This document shows positions 1 through 10,044 of a stretch of 64,000 nucleotides of DNA, piece by piece. Where the stretch lies: contig OZ242008.1 in the NCBI GenBank assembly GCA_965204735.1, forward strand, positions 3,872,001-3,936,000, read 5' to 3'. Both the position numbers and the translations under genes were made by a program. This stretch comes from Longimicrobiales bacterium. Lineage in GTDB: Bacteria > Gemmatimonadota > Gemmatimonadetes > Longimicrobiales > Gaopeijiaceae. The notes under the pieces are model-generated. The model was not told the DNA's origin. It made no database searches and worked only from the letters and a program-made list of their open reading frames with translations. Every line of letters begins with the position of its first letter. The first letter of the stretch is position 1.

Positions 1-1490
1 CGGCCCCATCGGTCCACCACGCTGGTGGCCGGGTCGTCGCCCATGCGGCAGCCGCCGCCGGGGTGCTCGAAGAGCCGCGAACTCTGGGTGCGCATGATCT
101 TCCCGCCGGCGGAGGCCGTCAACTCCTGGAAGCGCGAGAGGATCGTTGCGCGAGTGTGGTCTTCCAGGTCCAGCGTCGCCCGGGCGGCGCGGAAGTCCAG
201 CCTCGGCAAGGGGTCGCCCAGGGCGTTTGTGCGGGACGAGTCCAGGGTCAGGCGGCTTTCTCGGTCGGGGACCACGTCGTAGTAGGCCCGGATGCGGGCG
301 GTGGCGGCCTGGGTGCGGGCGCGCCAGTCGGCAAGGACTTCGTCGCCCCACAGGAGCCGACGGTCGTCGTCGATCAGCCTCGGCGCCCGCCCCACGTCGG
401 ACTCCCACAGGCGAAGGTCGTGGCGCAAGTATCGGTCCAGCGGTCCCGGGCTGGCGAATCGATGGGAGAGCAGGCTGTTGTTGACGAAGATGCCCGGGAA
501 GAGCCGCATGGGCAGCTCGACGAAGCCGCTCACGAACCAGTGTCCGGTCATGTACCGGCCCAAGTTGCCGGTCCGGTTCGCCAAGCCGCCGGGGAAGCGG
601 GCGTCCGCCGAGGCCAGGAGCAGGTGCGAGCTCCAGGCGTGGCCGCAGGCGACGACGAACGTGCGGGCGCGCAGCTCGACGGTCGTGTCTGGGGAGTCCG
701 CGCGAACGGCTTGGGCGGACTCGATCCGGTCCGAGTCGGCGCAGCGCGCGAGCCGGCGCACGAGGGTGTTGGGAACCAGCTCGACGCGCCCGCTCGCCAC
801 CAGGCGGTCGAAGGCGAAGTCCGGGGTGTACTTGGCGCCCGTGGGGCACACGTAGCAGCTGTCGCAGCGCCGGCAGACGTTGCGCCCCTGGTAGGGCGTC
901 GTGTTGCGGGCCCAGGGCTGGGTCCAGAAGGGGACTCCGGCGGCGTCGGTCCACTCCCGCATCCGCCGCAGGTTGTACGACAGCGGCAACGGCGGCATCG
1001 GGTAGGGCTTGGAGCGCGGATCGTATTCGGGAGGACCCTGCTCGCCGGCCACGCCTATCCGCTCCTCCGCCTCCTGGTAGTACGGCTCCAGGTCGTCGAA
1101 CGAGATGGGCCAGTCGAAGCCCACGCCATAGAGGGATCGGACGCGGAAGTCCTCCGGCGAGTAGCGGGGAACGGCGCCGCCCCAGTGCATCGCGGCGCCG
1201 CCCACGACCATGGAGTTGTACATGGCGCCGCTGCCCGTCTGACCGGCGACGCGGTCGCCCGGGTAGGGGTTCTCGCCGTAGGCCAGCATCCGGGCGCGGG
1301 TTCGGGCGCGTTCCCCGAGGCCGACCGTTCGCCCCCCGGCCTCCACCACGGCGATCGACGCGCCCGTCCGCTCGGCCAGCCGCTCCGCCACCATGGCGGC
1401 GCTGATCCCGGCCCCGATGACGCACACGTCGCTCTCGACCACGCGCTGGGCGGCCCGACCCGCGTCCCGCCCGATCGCCGGCCCCCTCAC
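1..1490 (-). CDS. GMC family FAD oxidoreductase (runs off the window edge)
   Basis: Manual minus-strand translation from GTG 1490 (GTGA overlap with upstream stop): DVCVIGAGISAA Rossmann motif, VGGAAMHWGG, DWPISFDDLEPYY, CRRCDSC...CPTGAKY. Confidence 0.85.
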   Translation of the reverse strand, partial: MRGPAIGRDAGRAAQRVVESDVCVIGAGISAAMVAERLAERTGASIAVVEAGGRTVGLGERARTRARMLAYGENPYPGDRVAGQTGSGAMYNSMVVGGAAMHWGGAVPRYSPEDFRVRSLYGVGFDWPISFDDLEPYYQEAEERIGVAGEQGPPEYDPRSKPYPMPPLPLSYNLRRMREWTDAAGVPFWTQPWARNTTPYQGRNVCRRCDSCYVCPTGAKYTPDFAFDRLVASGRVELVPNTLVRRLARCADSDRIESAQAVRADSPDTTVELRARTFVVACGHAWSSHLLLASADARFPGGLANRTGNLGRYMTGHWFVSGFVELPMRLFPGIFVNNSLLSHRFASPGPLDRYLRHDLRLWESDVGRAPRLIDDDRRLLWGDEVLADWRARTQAATARIRAYYDVVPDRESRLTLDSSRTNALGDPLPRLDFRAARATLDLEDHTRATILSRFQELTASAGGKIMRTQSSRLFEHPGGGCRMGDDPATSVVDRWG

Positions 1491-2200
1491 GTGGTCGTCC
1501 CGTCGTCCGTCGCCAGCGCGGGCGGCGCCTCGCCGGCCCCTTCGAGCCCCCGGCACTGCTCCTGGCCGATCGCCCTGCCGTAGCACAGGTCCCGCGCCTC
1601 CGGCGATCTGTAGAAGTGCGCCATCAGCGCCAGCGCGACGTGCGCGGCTTCGGCCGGCGCGCCAAAGTCCCCGCGCGCCCCCTGCAGGCGTCGTGCAAGC
1701 ATTTCTCGGCGCTGCGCGACCCCGACTTCGGCGATCGATGCGCCGTGGCGCTTCCGGCACTCGGCGTCCAGCCCGCCAAGCTGGGCCGCCCAGCCCGGCC
1801 GGGGGTCCGGCCCCGAGTAGCGCACTTCCGGCACCAGGTACGGATGCCGCAGCTCGGCCACCGGCTCCAGCTCCGCCGCCCACCGCTCGAACGCTGCCAC
1901 CGCCCGCTCCGCGCCGTCGGCGCCCAGCTCCGTCGGCAGCACCGCCTCGGCAACCGCCCGGAGCGCTTCCGGCGGCAACGTCGCGGGGTCCGGTCCCATC
2001 CCGACCGCCCCGTCGGACCCCGCCGCGCTTCCCTGCCGGCCCCCCGACTCCGGCGCTCCGCACGCTCCCACCGACGCCGCCGCGACCGCCGTTGCGGATC
2101 GCTTGAGGAACGTCCGCCGCGAGCCCGAAGCTCCGTCCGGCCTCCCGCGGCTTCTTCCTTCGCGGGCCAAGCCGCCCTCGTCCCCGGTCTCGCCGCTCAT
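1487..2200 (-). CDS. TAT-exported small subunit, gluconate-2-dehydrogenase subunit 3-like
   Basis: SRRTFLK twin-arginine signal followed by ACG lipobox-like Cys; immediately upstream of the GMC gene; ATGA overlap at 2197-2200. Confidence 0.6.
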   Translation of the reverse strand: MSGETGDEGGLAREGRSRGRPDGASGSRRTFLKRSATAVAAASVGACGAPESGGRQGSAAGSDGAVGMGPDPATLPPEALRAVAEAVLPTELGADGAERAVAAFERWAAELEPVAELRHPYLVPEVRYSGPDPRPGWAAQLGGLDAECRKRHGASIAEVGVAQRREMLARRLQGARGDFGAPAEAAHVALALMAHFYRSPEARDLCYGRAIGQEQCRGLEGAGEAPPALATDDGTTT

Positions 2201-3432
2201 CCGCCCCGGAAGAGCGACTTGGGCATGTGCATGCTCACCAGCATGTGGGGCACGTCGACCGTCTCCGAGATCTTCAGGTCGCCCGCCAGCGAGCAGAGGA
2301 CGTAGGCCTCTTCGCGGGTCAGGCCGTGCTCCGCCACCAAGTAGTCGATCATGTAGCGGGTGGCCTTGCGGGCCGCTTCGTCTATCGTCGCGGCGAAGCC
2401 GGTGACCGCGTAGTACTCGTCGGTCTCGTACTGGGGCTCGACCATGCCGCGGGCGTTCTCCAGGACCTCCACTTGGTAGACGATGCGCATCGGCGCCTCT
2501 ATGGCGGTCCCCGACACTTCGCCGTCGCCTTGGGCCGCGTGGGTGTCGCCGATGGAGAAGAGGGCGCCTTCCACCTGCACGGGGAAGTAGACGGTGGTTC
2601 CCGCGGTCATGTGGCGGTTGTCCATGTTGCCGCCGTTGGCGCGGGGCGGGATCGTGACCAGCATCGAGTCGGTGGCGGGCGCGACTCCCATGACGCCGGC
2701 GAAGGGGGCCAGGGGGACGACGACCCGGTCGTTGAAGGCGACTTCGGTGGCGCCCGATTCGATCTCGAAGCCTCGAATCCACGGCTCCGCGAACTCGTCG
2801 GCCAAGAACCCGAAGCCGGGGATGATCGTCGCCCAACCCCAGCCCTCGACCTCGATCTCGTGGAGGGTGACGGCCAGCACGTCCCCCGGCGCCGCGCCTT
2901 CCACGTAGACGGGGCCGGTCAATGGATGGATCAGTCCGAAGTCCAGGTCGGCCAGCTCCGCCGCTTCGGTGGACCGGGTCACTTGGCCGTCCGACGCCTC
3001 CTTGGTGCGCACCTCGATCACGGCCCCCGACGGCACCGTGAGCACCGGCGGTATCGTCGCGCTCCAGCGGGCGTGGGTGTTTTCGGTCCCCAGCGAGAAC
3101 TCCGGCGTGGGAACGGGCGTCGCGCCCACAGCGGCGACGGCGGCCTCCCCGCCGCCGCCCGTCTCCGTCGGCTCCTTGGGCTCCAGCCGGCATCCCGCGC
3201 TGGTCGCCCACAAGGCCAGCGCCCAGCCCGTCGCCAGGGGAGCGGTCCGCGCCCAGCCGCCGGCCCGCGACCACGGAAGCCGCGCAACGCCGCCGGCGGG
3301 GAGTCGGGGCCGAAACGAGCCTGCCCGCGCCCAGGGGAGCCGCGGATGCATGTCGATCCCCGTTCCCGCGCCCGGGGAGCTCGCCCGCGCCCCTGGGAGC
3401 CGCGTCTTCTTCGGTTGCTTCGCCTTCGTCAT
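2197..3432 (-). CDS. Acetamidase/formamidase family protein
   Basis: HPLTGPVYVEGAAPGD, GGNMD, GDTHAAQGDGEVSGTAIE motifs; start position uncertain. Confidence 0.85.
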   Translation of the reverse strand: MTKAKQPKKTRLPGARASSPGAGTGIDMHPRLPWARAGSFRPRLPAGGVARLPWSRAGGWARTAPLATGWALALWATSAGCRLEPKEPTETGGGGEAAVAAVGATPVPTPEFSLGTENTHARWSATIPPVLTVPSGAVIEVRTKEASDGQVTRSTEAAELADLDFGLIHPLTGPVYVEGAAPGDVLAVTLHEIEVEGWGWATIIPGFGFLADEFAEPWIRGFEIESGATEVAFNDRVVVPLAPFAGVMGVAPATDSMLVTIPPRANGGNMDNRHMTAGTTVYFPVQVEGALFSIGDTHAAQGDGEVSGTAIEAPMRIVYQVEVLENARGMVEPQYETDEYYAVTGFAATIDEAARKATRYMIDYLVAEHGLTREEAYVLCSLAGDLKISETVDVPHMLVSMHMPKSLFRGG

Positions 3433-4751
3433 CGCGTCAGCTCCTCCAGGACGCCCGCCAGCCGGTCGATCTCGGCCTCGGTGTTGTAGACGTGCGTCGA
3501 CACGCGAACGGCGTCGTGCCCGTCGCGCTGGTGTTCGTCGACGTGGATCTTCGCCCGCTTCGCCACGAGTCCCACGGCCTCCACCGCGTCCACGCCGTCG
3601 AGCTCGAAGATCGTGGAGCCGGGAGAGCACACGTCGGGACCGCCCCCGCTCAGCAACGCGGCCCGCTCCATCTCGGCCAGCCGGAGCTTGAGGTAGTCCG
3701 ACAGGTGTCGGGTCCGGGCCTCCACCGCCTCCAAGGTCACGTCCTCCATCAGCTCCAGGGACGCCGCCAGCGCCGCCCGAAGCGGCAGCGGGGAGGTTCC
3801 GGGGGGCCGATACGCCGACCCGCTCTCCACCCGCCCCGGCGCAAAGAGGGACGCGACCCGTTCCCGCGCGCCGGCACGCACGTAGAGAACGCCGGTGCCC
3901 ATGGGCCCCAGAAACCACTTGTGCAGGCTCGCCGAGTAGGTGTCGCAGCCCAGGTCGTGGAGATCGACCGGGAAGAGCCCCACCGCCTGGGCGCCGTCCA
4001 CGTGGCTGAGGCACCCGCGCTCCCGGGCCAGCGCGCAGAGTCGGCGCACCGGATAGAGGTGGCCGCCCCGGGTGACGTGGCAGAAGGCGACCACCCGAGT
4101 GGCCGGAGCGATCGCTGCTTCCACCAGCGCCGCGACCTGGTCTCCGCTCGCAAGGGGACTCGGGACGAAGACCTTCTTCAGCGTTGCGCCGTGCCGTTCG
4201 GCCCGCATCTCCCACGGTCGAAGGCCGGCCGGGTGCTCCTGAGTGGTGACCAGGACCTCGTCGCCAGGACGCAGCCGGACGCCGAAAGCTCCCAGATGGA
4301 GCGCCTCGCTGGCGTTGCGGGTCAGCGTCAGCTCGTTCGGGTCCGCCCCCAGCAGAGCCGCGAGTCCCGGGATCACGCGATCCGCAATCGCCTGCGAGAG
4401 CTCGTTCTTGGCGCGCAGAGGCTCCCTCGACAGCGCCTCGTACCCGACGGCGACGGCCGTCGCCACGGACGCCGGCGGCATCCCCAGGCTCGCGTTGTTC
4501 ATGTAGGCGACGCCCGGTTCCAGGACGAAGAGGTCGCGCACGGCGGCCCAGGCCTCGTCGCTGGTCCCGGCAGGGGCCGACGGCCGGGCGCCGCTGGACG
4601 ACTGCGGGCCGCCGAGGCCCGGACGGTCGTCGGGCGCCGGTCCGCAGGTCGCCAGGGAGACGCTCGCCAGCCCGGCGGCGCCGCCCGCCAAGAAGCCGCG
4701 TCGCGACAGCGTTCGGGAACCCGCGCCGCCCGCCGGATCGTCTCTCTGCAC
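3429..4751 (-). CDS. Class V PLP aminotransferase (cysteine desulfurase/isopenicillin-N epimerase-like) with TAT signal
   Basis: SRRGFL signal; YMNNASLG, HVDGAQ, SLHKWFLGPMGTG (PLP lysine), RVSTHVYN. Confidence 0.85.
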   Translation of the reverse strand: MQRDDPAGGAGSRTLSRRGFLAGGAAGLASVSLATCGPAPDDRPGLGGPQSSSGARPSAPAGTSDEAWAAVRDLFVLEPGVAYMNNASLGMPPASVATAVAVGYEALSREPLRAKNELSQAIADRVIPGLAALLGADPNELTLTRNASEALHLGAFGVRLRPGDEVLVTTQEHPAGLRPWEMRAERHGATLKKVFVPSPLASGDQVAALVEAAIAPATRVVAFCHVTRGGHLYPVRRLCALARERGCLSHVDGAQAVGLFPVDLHDLGCDTYSASLHKWFLGPMGTGVLYVRAGARERVASLFAPGRVESGSAYRPPGTSPLPLRAALAASLELMEDVTLEAVEARTRHLSDYLKLRLAEMERAALLSGGGPDVCSPGSTIFELDGVDAVEAVGLVAKRAKIHVDEHQRDGHDAVRVSTHVYNTEAEIDRLAGVLEELTR

Positions 4752-4971
4752 GTTGGCGCTCCTCCCGTTGGCGTGCCGCCCGGTCGCAGCCGTTCCGGGC
4801 GCATTCCCCCGGCGGCCCAAGCACGTTGACTTCCCGGAGCCGCCCAGGTTTCGTTCAACGTGCCGCGTCCGCCGGTCCTCCGGCAACCCGCAGGCGTTGC
4901 GCCGGGCAACCCGCGGCGCCTCTTCGCCCGGCGCTTCCTCCCCTTCGCCTTCAAGACTTCGGATTGCCGTC

Positions 4972-6012
4972 ATGAAGTTCGGCCTCGTCGGCTTCGCCGG
5001 CTCCGGCAAGACGACCCTCTTCAACGCCGTGACCGGCTTGGACGCCCCGGTGGGCTACGGGGGCGAGCTCCGCCACGGCGCCGCCCGGGTGCCGGACCCC
5101 CGCATCGACGCGCTCTCCCGCATCTTCCGCCCCCGCAAGACCATCTACGCCACGATCAACTTCCGGGACGTCCCAGGAGACCACGGGGCGGGCGGACAGG
5201 TGCTCTTGCCCGCCACTCTCCAGCAGATCCGCGACCAGGAGGCCCTCTGCCTAGTCCTTCGCGACTTCGCCAACCCGGCTCTGGCGGACGACCCCGACCC
5301 CCACCGGGAGCTGGAGGCGTTCGGCGCCGAGTGCGTGCTGGCCGACCTGGGGATCGTGGAGCGTCGACTGGACCGGGCCCGCAAGGAGCGCGCCGACTCG
5401 CGCGAGATCGGAGCCTTCGAGACGGCGACCGAAGCCCTGGAAGCAGGCCGTCCTCTTCGCCTTCTTTCGCCCGTCGAACTCCACCGGGACTTCCTCAAGG
5501 GATACGGCCTCCTCACCGACCTGCCCCTGCTGGTCGCCGTCAACCGGGACGAGTCCCGCGCCGCCGAGCCCCTCGACTCGGCCTTGGCAGCCCGGGTCGA
5601 GGCCGAAGGCGGAGCCGCGCTGGCGCTGTCGGGCCAGGTGGAGGCGGAGATCGCAAGCCTCGAGCCGGAGGACCAAGGCGCCTTTCTGGAGGAGATGGGG
5701 CTGGCCGAGCCGACGCTGGCCCGCTTCGTGCGGACGGCGTACGGGCTGATGGACCTGATCTCCTTCTTCACCACCGGAGAGGACGAGGTCCGGGCGTGGA
5801 CGATCCGTCGGGGCACGCCCGCTCGGGCCGCCGCCGGTCGCATCCACAGCGACCTGGAGCGCGGGTTCATCAGGGCCGAGGTGATCCCCTACCAGGTCTT
5901 CGCCGAATTCGGTTCGGAGCAGGCGGTGAAGGACGCCGGGCTCCTTCGAGTCGAGGGAAAGGAGTACGTCGTGGAGGACGGAGACATCGTGCATGTGCGC
6001 TTCAACGTATAG
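4972..6012 (+). CDS. ychF: Redox-regulated ATPase YchF
   Basis: [63 protein letters not shown]. Confidence 0.92.
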   Translation: MKFGLVGFAGSGKTTLFNAVTGLDAPVGYGGELRHGAARVPDPRIDALSRIFRPRKTIYATINFRDVPGDHGAGGQVLLPATLQQIRDQEALCLVLRDFANPALADDPDPHRELEAFGAECVLADLGIVERRLDRARKERADSREIGAFETATEALEAGRPLRLLSPVELHRDFLKGYGLLTDLPLLVAVNRDESRAAEPLDSALAARVEAEGGAALALSGQVEAEIASLEPEDQGAFLEEMGLAEPTLARFVRTAYGLMDLISFFTTGEDEVRAWTIRRGTPARAAAGRIHSDLERGFIRAEVIPYQVFAEFGSEQAVKDAGLLRVEGKEYVVEDGDIVHVRFNV

Positions 6013-6027
6013 GAGGCGAACCCGCCC

Positions 6028-6594
6028 ATGAATCAAGCGCTCGGCGAAGTCCTCGACGAACGGGCCCGGCCCGACCTGCGGGTCCGCTTCGGACTCCTCG
6101 CCGTCAAGAGCACGGAGATCGCTTTCGCGGCCCGGCACATTCGCCTGGCCGGGGTGGACCTGGGCGCCGACGAGGCCGAAGGGCTGACGCGCATCCGGGT
6201 GGCGCTGGCGGAACTCAACGCCGCGACCTTCCGCGCCGACGCCGAATGCGTGATGGCGGACCCGGAGCGCCGCCCCGTGGCCGAACGCCTCTCCAGGCTG
6301 CTCGCCAGCGGCGGGCTTCTGGTGCGCGTCGCGCCCATGGCGGTGTGGACGCCGGACTTCTCCGTCTTCCAGCGGGACGGCCGCGCCTTCGCCGCGATCT
6401 TCGGCTTCCACTGGTTCCAGCGGCCCTTTCCCGAGTCGGGACCGGCCTTCGCCACTGTGTGCGGGACCGACGGCGCCGAGCTTGCGGCGGCCCGCTTCCG
6501 GGAGCTGTGGGCCGACGCCTACGACGCTACGGAGGCCGTCCGAGGGATGCTGGACGAGGCCCTGGCCAAGACGCCGGAGCTGTCGGCGGCGTAG
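6028..6594 (+). CDS. Hypothetical protein
   Basis: GGAGG RBS upstream; host-like codon usage; no firm family match. Confidence 0.7.
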   Translation: MNQALGEVLDERARPDLRVRFGLLAVKSTEIAFAARHIRLAGVDLGADEAEGLTRIRVALAELNAATFRADAECVMADPERRPVAERLSRLLASGGLLVRVAPMAVWTPDFSVFQRDGRAFAAIFGFHWFQRPFPESGPAFATVCGTDGAELAAARFRELWADAYDATEAVRGMLDEALAKTPELSAA

Positions 6595-6734
6595 CGCGAG
6601 CCCCTCGTCCGTCGGGGGCCCTTCTCCATTGCGGCCCGTCGGCGTCCTGCGCTATCGTTAGTGCCCTTGCCGTCCGCGGCAGACCCGTTGCCGGCCGCGC
6701 ACGCGCTCCCAAACCCACACGGGACAAGTCGACT

Positions 6735-6932
6735 TTGGAAGTCATCGTTCAGGACAACGAGAGCTTGGAGCGGGCCCTCCGCCGGTTCAAGCGGAAGGTC
6801 CAGCGCTCCGGGCTCTACTCGGAGCTTCGGAAGCGTCGCTTCTACGAGAAGCCCAGCGCCCGGCGGAAGCGACGCCGGGAAGCGGCCATTCGGCGCGAGC
6901 GCCGGAGACAGCGGAGAGGTCGCGGGGGCTAG
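6735..6932 (+). CDS. rpsU: 30S ribosomal protein S21
   Basis: TTG start; [40 protein letters not shown]. Confidence 0.93.
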   Translation: MEVIVQDNESLERALRRFKRKVQRSGLYSELRKRRFYEKPSARRKRRREAAIRRERRRQRRGRGG

Positions 6933-7807
6933 ACCTTCAGCGCCACCGGACCGTCCGGAGTCCAGTCGTAGAACCCCTTGCCCGCCTTGCGTCCGAAGCG
7001 TCCCATCGACACGAGGCGCTTGAGGAGGGGCGGCGGCGCGTACCGGGCCTCCCGGTACTCCTCGAACATGATCTCCGAGACCAGGTGCAGGGTGTCGATT
7101 CCCACGAAGTCGCAGAGGGTGAACGGCCCCATCGGGTGGCCGCATCCCAGCGTCATGGCCTTGTCGATGTCCTCGACGGTGGCGACGCCCCGCTCCAGCT
7201 GCCGGATCGCGTCCAGCATGTAGGGGACCAAGAGCAGGTTGACGACGAATCCGGAGTTGTCCTTCGCCGCGATCGGCGTCTTTCCGATCCGCTTGGCGAA
7301 GGCGAAGGCCGCGTCGAACGCTTCCTGGCTGGTGGCGATCGTCCGCACCACTTCCACCAGCTTCATCACCGGCACCGGGTTGAAGAAGTGCAGGCCGACG
7401 AACCGGTCCGGGCGCGAGGTGGACGCCGCCATCTCCGTCACCGTCAGGGAGCTGGTGTTGGACGCGAAGATCGTCTTCGCGCGGCACGCCTCGTCGAGGC
7501 GGCCGAAGAGCTCGTTCTTGGCCTCCAGGGACTCGACGATCGCCTCGATCACCAGATCGGCGTAGGCCAGATCGTCCAGCGACGTCGTGAAGTCGATCCG
7601 TCCCAGCGTGTCGTCCCGGGCCGCGGCGTCCAGCTTCCCATTCGACACGGCCCGGCCCAGGGACTTTACGACCCGTAGTTGCCCGGCTTGCAGCGCGCGT
7701 TCGTCGATCTCCCGGACCACCACGTCGCATCCCGCTCGGGCCGCCACCTCGGCGATCCCGCTTCCCATGAGGCCGCACCCGGCCACGCCCACCGTCCGAA
7801 TCTCCAA
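6929..7807 (-). CDS. hbd: 3-hydroxybutyryl-CoA (3-hydroxyacyl-CoA) dehydrogenase
   Basis: [45 protein letters not shown]. Confidence 0.88.
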   Translation of the reverse strand: MEIRTVGVAGCGLMGSGIAEVAARAGCDVVVREIDERALQAGQLRVVKSLGRAVSNGKLDAAARDDTLGRIDFTTSLDDLAYADLVIEAIVESLEAKNELFGRLDEACRAKTIFASNTSSLTVTEMAASTSRPDRFVGLHFFNPVPVMKLVEVVRTIATSQEAFDAAFAFAKRIGKTPIAAKDNSGFVVNLLLVPYMLDAIRQLERGVATVEDIDKAMTLGCGHPMGPFTLCDFVGIDTLHLVSEIMFEEYREARYAPPPLLKRLVSMGRFGRKAGKGFYDWTPDGPVALKV

Positions 7808-7851
7808 AGCCCGTCTCCTTTTGGTTCTCGCGCCCCGAAGGACGCGACGGT

Positions 7852-8706
7852 TCACTCTCGGCCCATCATCTCCCGGGCCACGCCGTGAAAGTGGCGCCTG
7901 ACCCACCGCCGCCAAGCCGGCGGCGGCGGCTCAAGGTCGCCCCCGCTCTCGAGGGCGTCCAGAATGCCCTCGACCTCCGACTCCACCTCGCCCAGCCGCC
8001 GACGGAAGCCTCGGCCGCACATCGCGGCCACGGCCAGGGCGGCTGCGGTCCCTGCGGCGGCGCCGGCAATCACCGCCACGGCGAGGGGAAAGACCAGCGC
8101 CAGCCCGAAGCCGACGCCGATGCCGGCGGCCGCTCCGACGCCGACGCCGCCGAAGACCGCGCCCGCCTGGTAGTTGGCCGCGACTCCGGGGTCCACGTGC
8201 AGCTCCACCAGCGTCGACTCGCCCTCCACCTCCGCCAGGCGCACCTCCACCAGACGAGCGGCGGCCACGTAGTGCTGTCGCGAGGTGGAGCTGGCGGCCC
8301 GCGCCACCCGCGACGCCCAGTCGATCGCCGGGCGGTACTGGAGCAGGTCGTCCTTGCGTCGAACCCGCTGCAGCAGCTGCCCGGCCACCATGAACTCGTC
8401 CAGCTCCCGGACGATCCGCCTTCGGGGCCGCGCCACCGTTCGGCTCGCGCGGATCGTGCCCGGCCCGAGAAGAGCGCCCACGCCGTGCGGCTTCCTGCTC
8501 GACGCAACCACCAGTCGGCCGGCGCGGACGTCGGCCAGCGCCCGGCGAACGTGCTGCTCGGGCAGGCCCACCTCGCCCCCGATCCGCACGACCTCGGCGT
8601 CGGTGAGCCCCGCCTCGCCGGCGTCGGGCTCCTCGGCGGCCAGCTCGGCGGCCCGGTGCATCACCTCCTCGAACTGGCGCCGCGACAGCCGATCTCCCCC
8701 GCTCAC
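7852..8706 (-). CDS. Hypothetical membrane protein
   Basis: Coupled ORF within the operon; two C-terminal Gly/Ala-rich hydrophobic segments. Confidence 0.7.
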   Translation of the reverse strand: MSGGDRLSRRQFEEVMHRAAELAAEEPDAGEAGLTDAEVVRIGGEVGLPEQHVRRALADVRAGRLVVASSRKPHGVGALLGPGTIRASRTVARPRRRIVRELDEFMVAGQLLQRVRRKDDLLQYRPAIDWASRVARAASSTSRQHYVAAARLVEVRLAEVEGESTLVELHVDPGVAANYQAGAVFGGVGVGAAAGIGVGFGLALVFPLAVAVIAGAAAGTAAALAVAAMCGRGFRRRLGEVESEVEGILDALESGGDLEPPPPAWRRWVRRHFHGVAREMMGRE

Positions 8707-8725
8707 CTCCCGTCGGTCCCGTCCG

Positions 8726-9934
8726 TCAGTACGCTTCGACCACGACGGCGCCGCCCTGGCCTCCGCCGATGCAGGCGGCCCCCAGCCCGTACCGAGCTCC
8801 CCGTCGCCGCAGCTCGTGGAGCAGGTGGAGGGTGATCCTGGCGCCCGACGCCGCCAGCGGATGCGTGAGGGCGATGGCGCCTCCGTTCACGTTGGTCCGC
8901 TCCGGGTCCAGCCCCAGCTCCTTCTCCACGGCCTTGTACTGGGGGGCGAAGGCTTCGTTGACCTCCACCAGCTCCATGTCGGCCGCTCCGAGACCCGCCT
9001 TTGCCAGCGCAACCCTGGCGGCGGGCGCGGGACCGATCCCCATGATCTCCGGATCCACGCCGGCGAAGCCCCAGGACACGAGCCGGCCGATCGGCGTCGT
9101 CCCCTCCGCGTCCGCCCAGGCTCGGTCGGCCAGCACCATCGACGCGGCGCCGTCGCCGATCCCGCTGGCGTTTCCGGCAGTCACCAGGCCGTCCTTCTTG
9201 AAGTAGGGGCGAAGGCGGGCCAGCCCCTCCACGGTGGTGTCGGGCCGGAGGTGCTCGTCCTCGCCGAAGAGCTCTTCGCCCTTGCGCGCGCGGACGGTCA
9301 CGGGCGCCACCTCGGCGTCGAAGCGCCCCGCGTCCCACGCCGCCTTCGCCCGGCGATGGCTGTTCACGGCGACCTGGTCCGCTTCCTCTCTCGTGACGCC
9401 GTACCGCTCCGCCAGCTTCTCCGCAGTCTGCGCCATCGTCAAGCCGCAGTGGGAGTCCGTCAGCGCCTCCCAAAGCGAGTCCTGGAAGTGCTGGCCGGCC
9501 GGCCCCAGCCGCAACTGCCGTCCCCAGCGGGCGCCCCGCACCACATGAGGGGCTTGGCTCATGGACTCGGTTCCGCCGCAGAGGGCGACTTCGGTTCCCC
9601 CCAGAAGGATCTCCTGGGCGCCGGAGACGACGGCCTGGAAGCCCGAGCCGCACAGCCGGTTCACGGTCAGGGCGCCGGTCTCCTGGGGCGCGCCTGCGCG
9701 AAGGCCCACGTGGCGCGCCAAGTAGATCGCGTCGGCCGACGTCTGGAGCGCATTGCCGTAGAAGACGTGGCCGATCTGCGCGGGCTCGATCCCTGCCGCC
9801 TCGATCGCCGCCGTCGCCGAGAGCGCCCCCAGCTCGGTGGCGGAGAGCTCCTTGAGAGAGCCGCCGAAGGCGCCGAAGGGAGTCCGCTTTCCGGAAAGGA
9901 ACACCACTTCCTTGTCGAAGCCCTGCGTGCCCAT
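8726..9934 (-). CDS. Acetyl-CoA C-acyltransferase (thiolase)
   Basis: VNRLCGSG, NEAFA, NGGAIALTHPLAASG, ACIGGGQG. Confidence 0.93.
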   Translation of the reverse strand: MGTQGFDKEVVFLSGKRTPFGAFGGSLKELSATELGALSATAAIEAAGIEPAQIGHVFYGNALQTSADAIYLARHVGLRAGAPQETGALTVNRLCGSGFQAVVSGAQEILLGGTEVALCGGTESMSQAPHVVRGARWGRQLRLGPAGQHFQDSLWEALTDSHCGLTMAQTAEKLAERYGVTREEADQVAVNSHRRAKAAWDAGRFDAEVAPVTVRARKGEELFGEDEHLRPDTTVEGLARLRPYFKKDGLVTAGNASGIGDGAASMVLADRAWADAEGTTPIGRLVSWGFAGVDPEIMGIGPAPAARVALAKAGLGAADMELVEVNEAFAPQYKAVEKELGLDPERTNVNGGAIALTHPLAASGARITLHLLHELRRRGARYGLGAACIGGGQGGAVVVEAY

Positions 9935-10044
9935 GTTCGTTCGCTCCTTCAACGGCGATTCGGCCTGTTGGTCGCTTCGGTTCCCGCTCGCGCTTCGGTC
10001 CCCGCTCGTGCCCGCCGGCGTTCCCGCGGCCGGCGCTTCCAAAG

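Noticed and set aside
6929..6932. Convergent 4-bp stop overlap of rpsU and hbd
   Set aside because: Common in compact genomes; no further signal.
9974..10010. 18-bp imperfect tandem repeat between the dehydrogenase and thiolase genes
   Set aside because: Only two copies and no spacer; most likely a slippage duplication.
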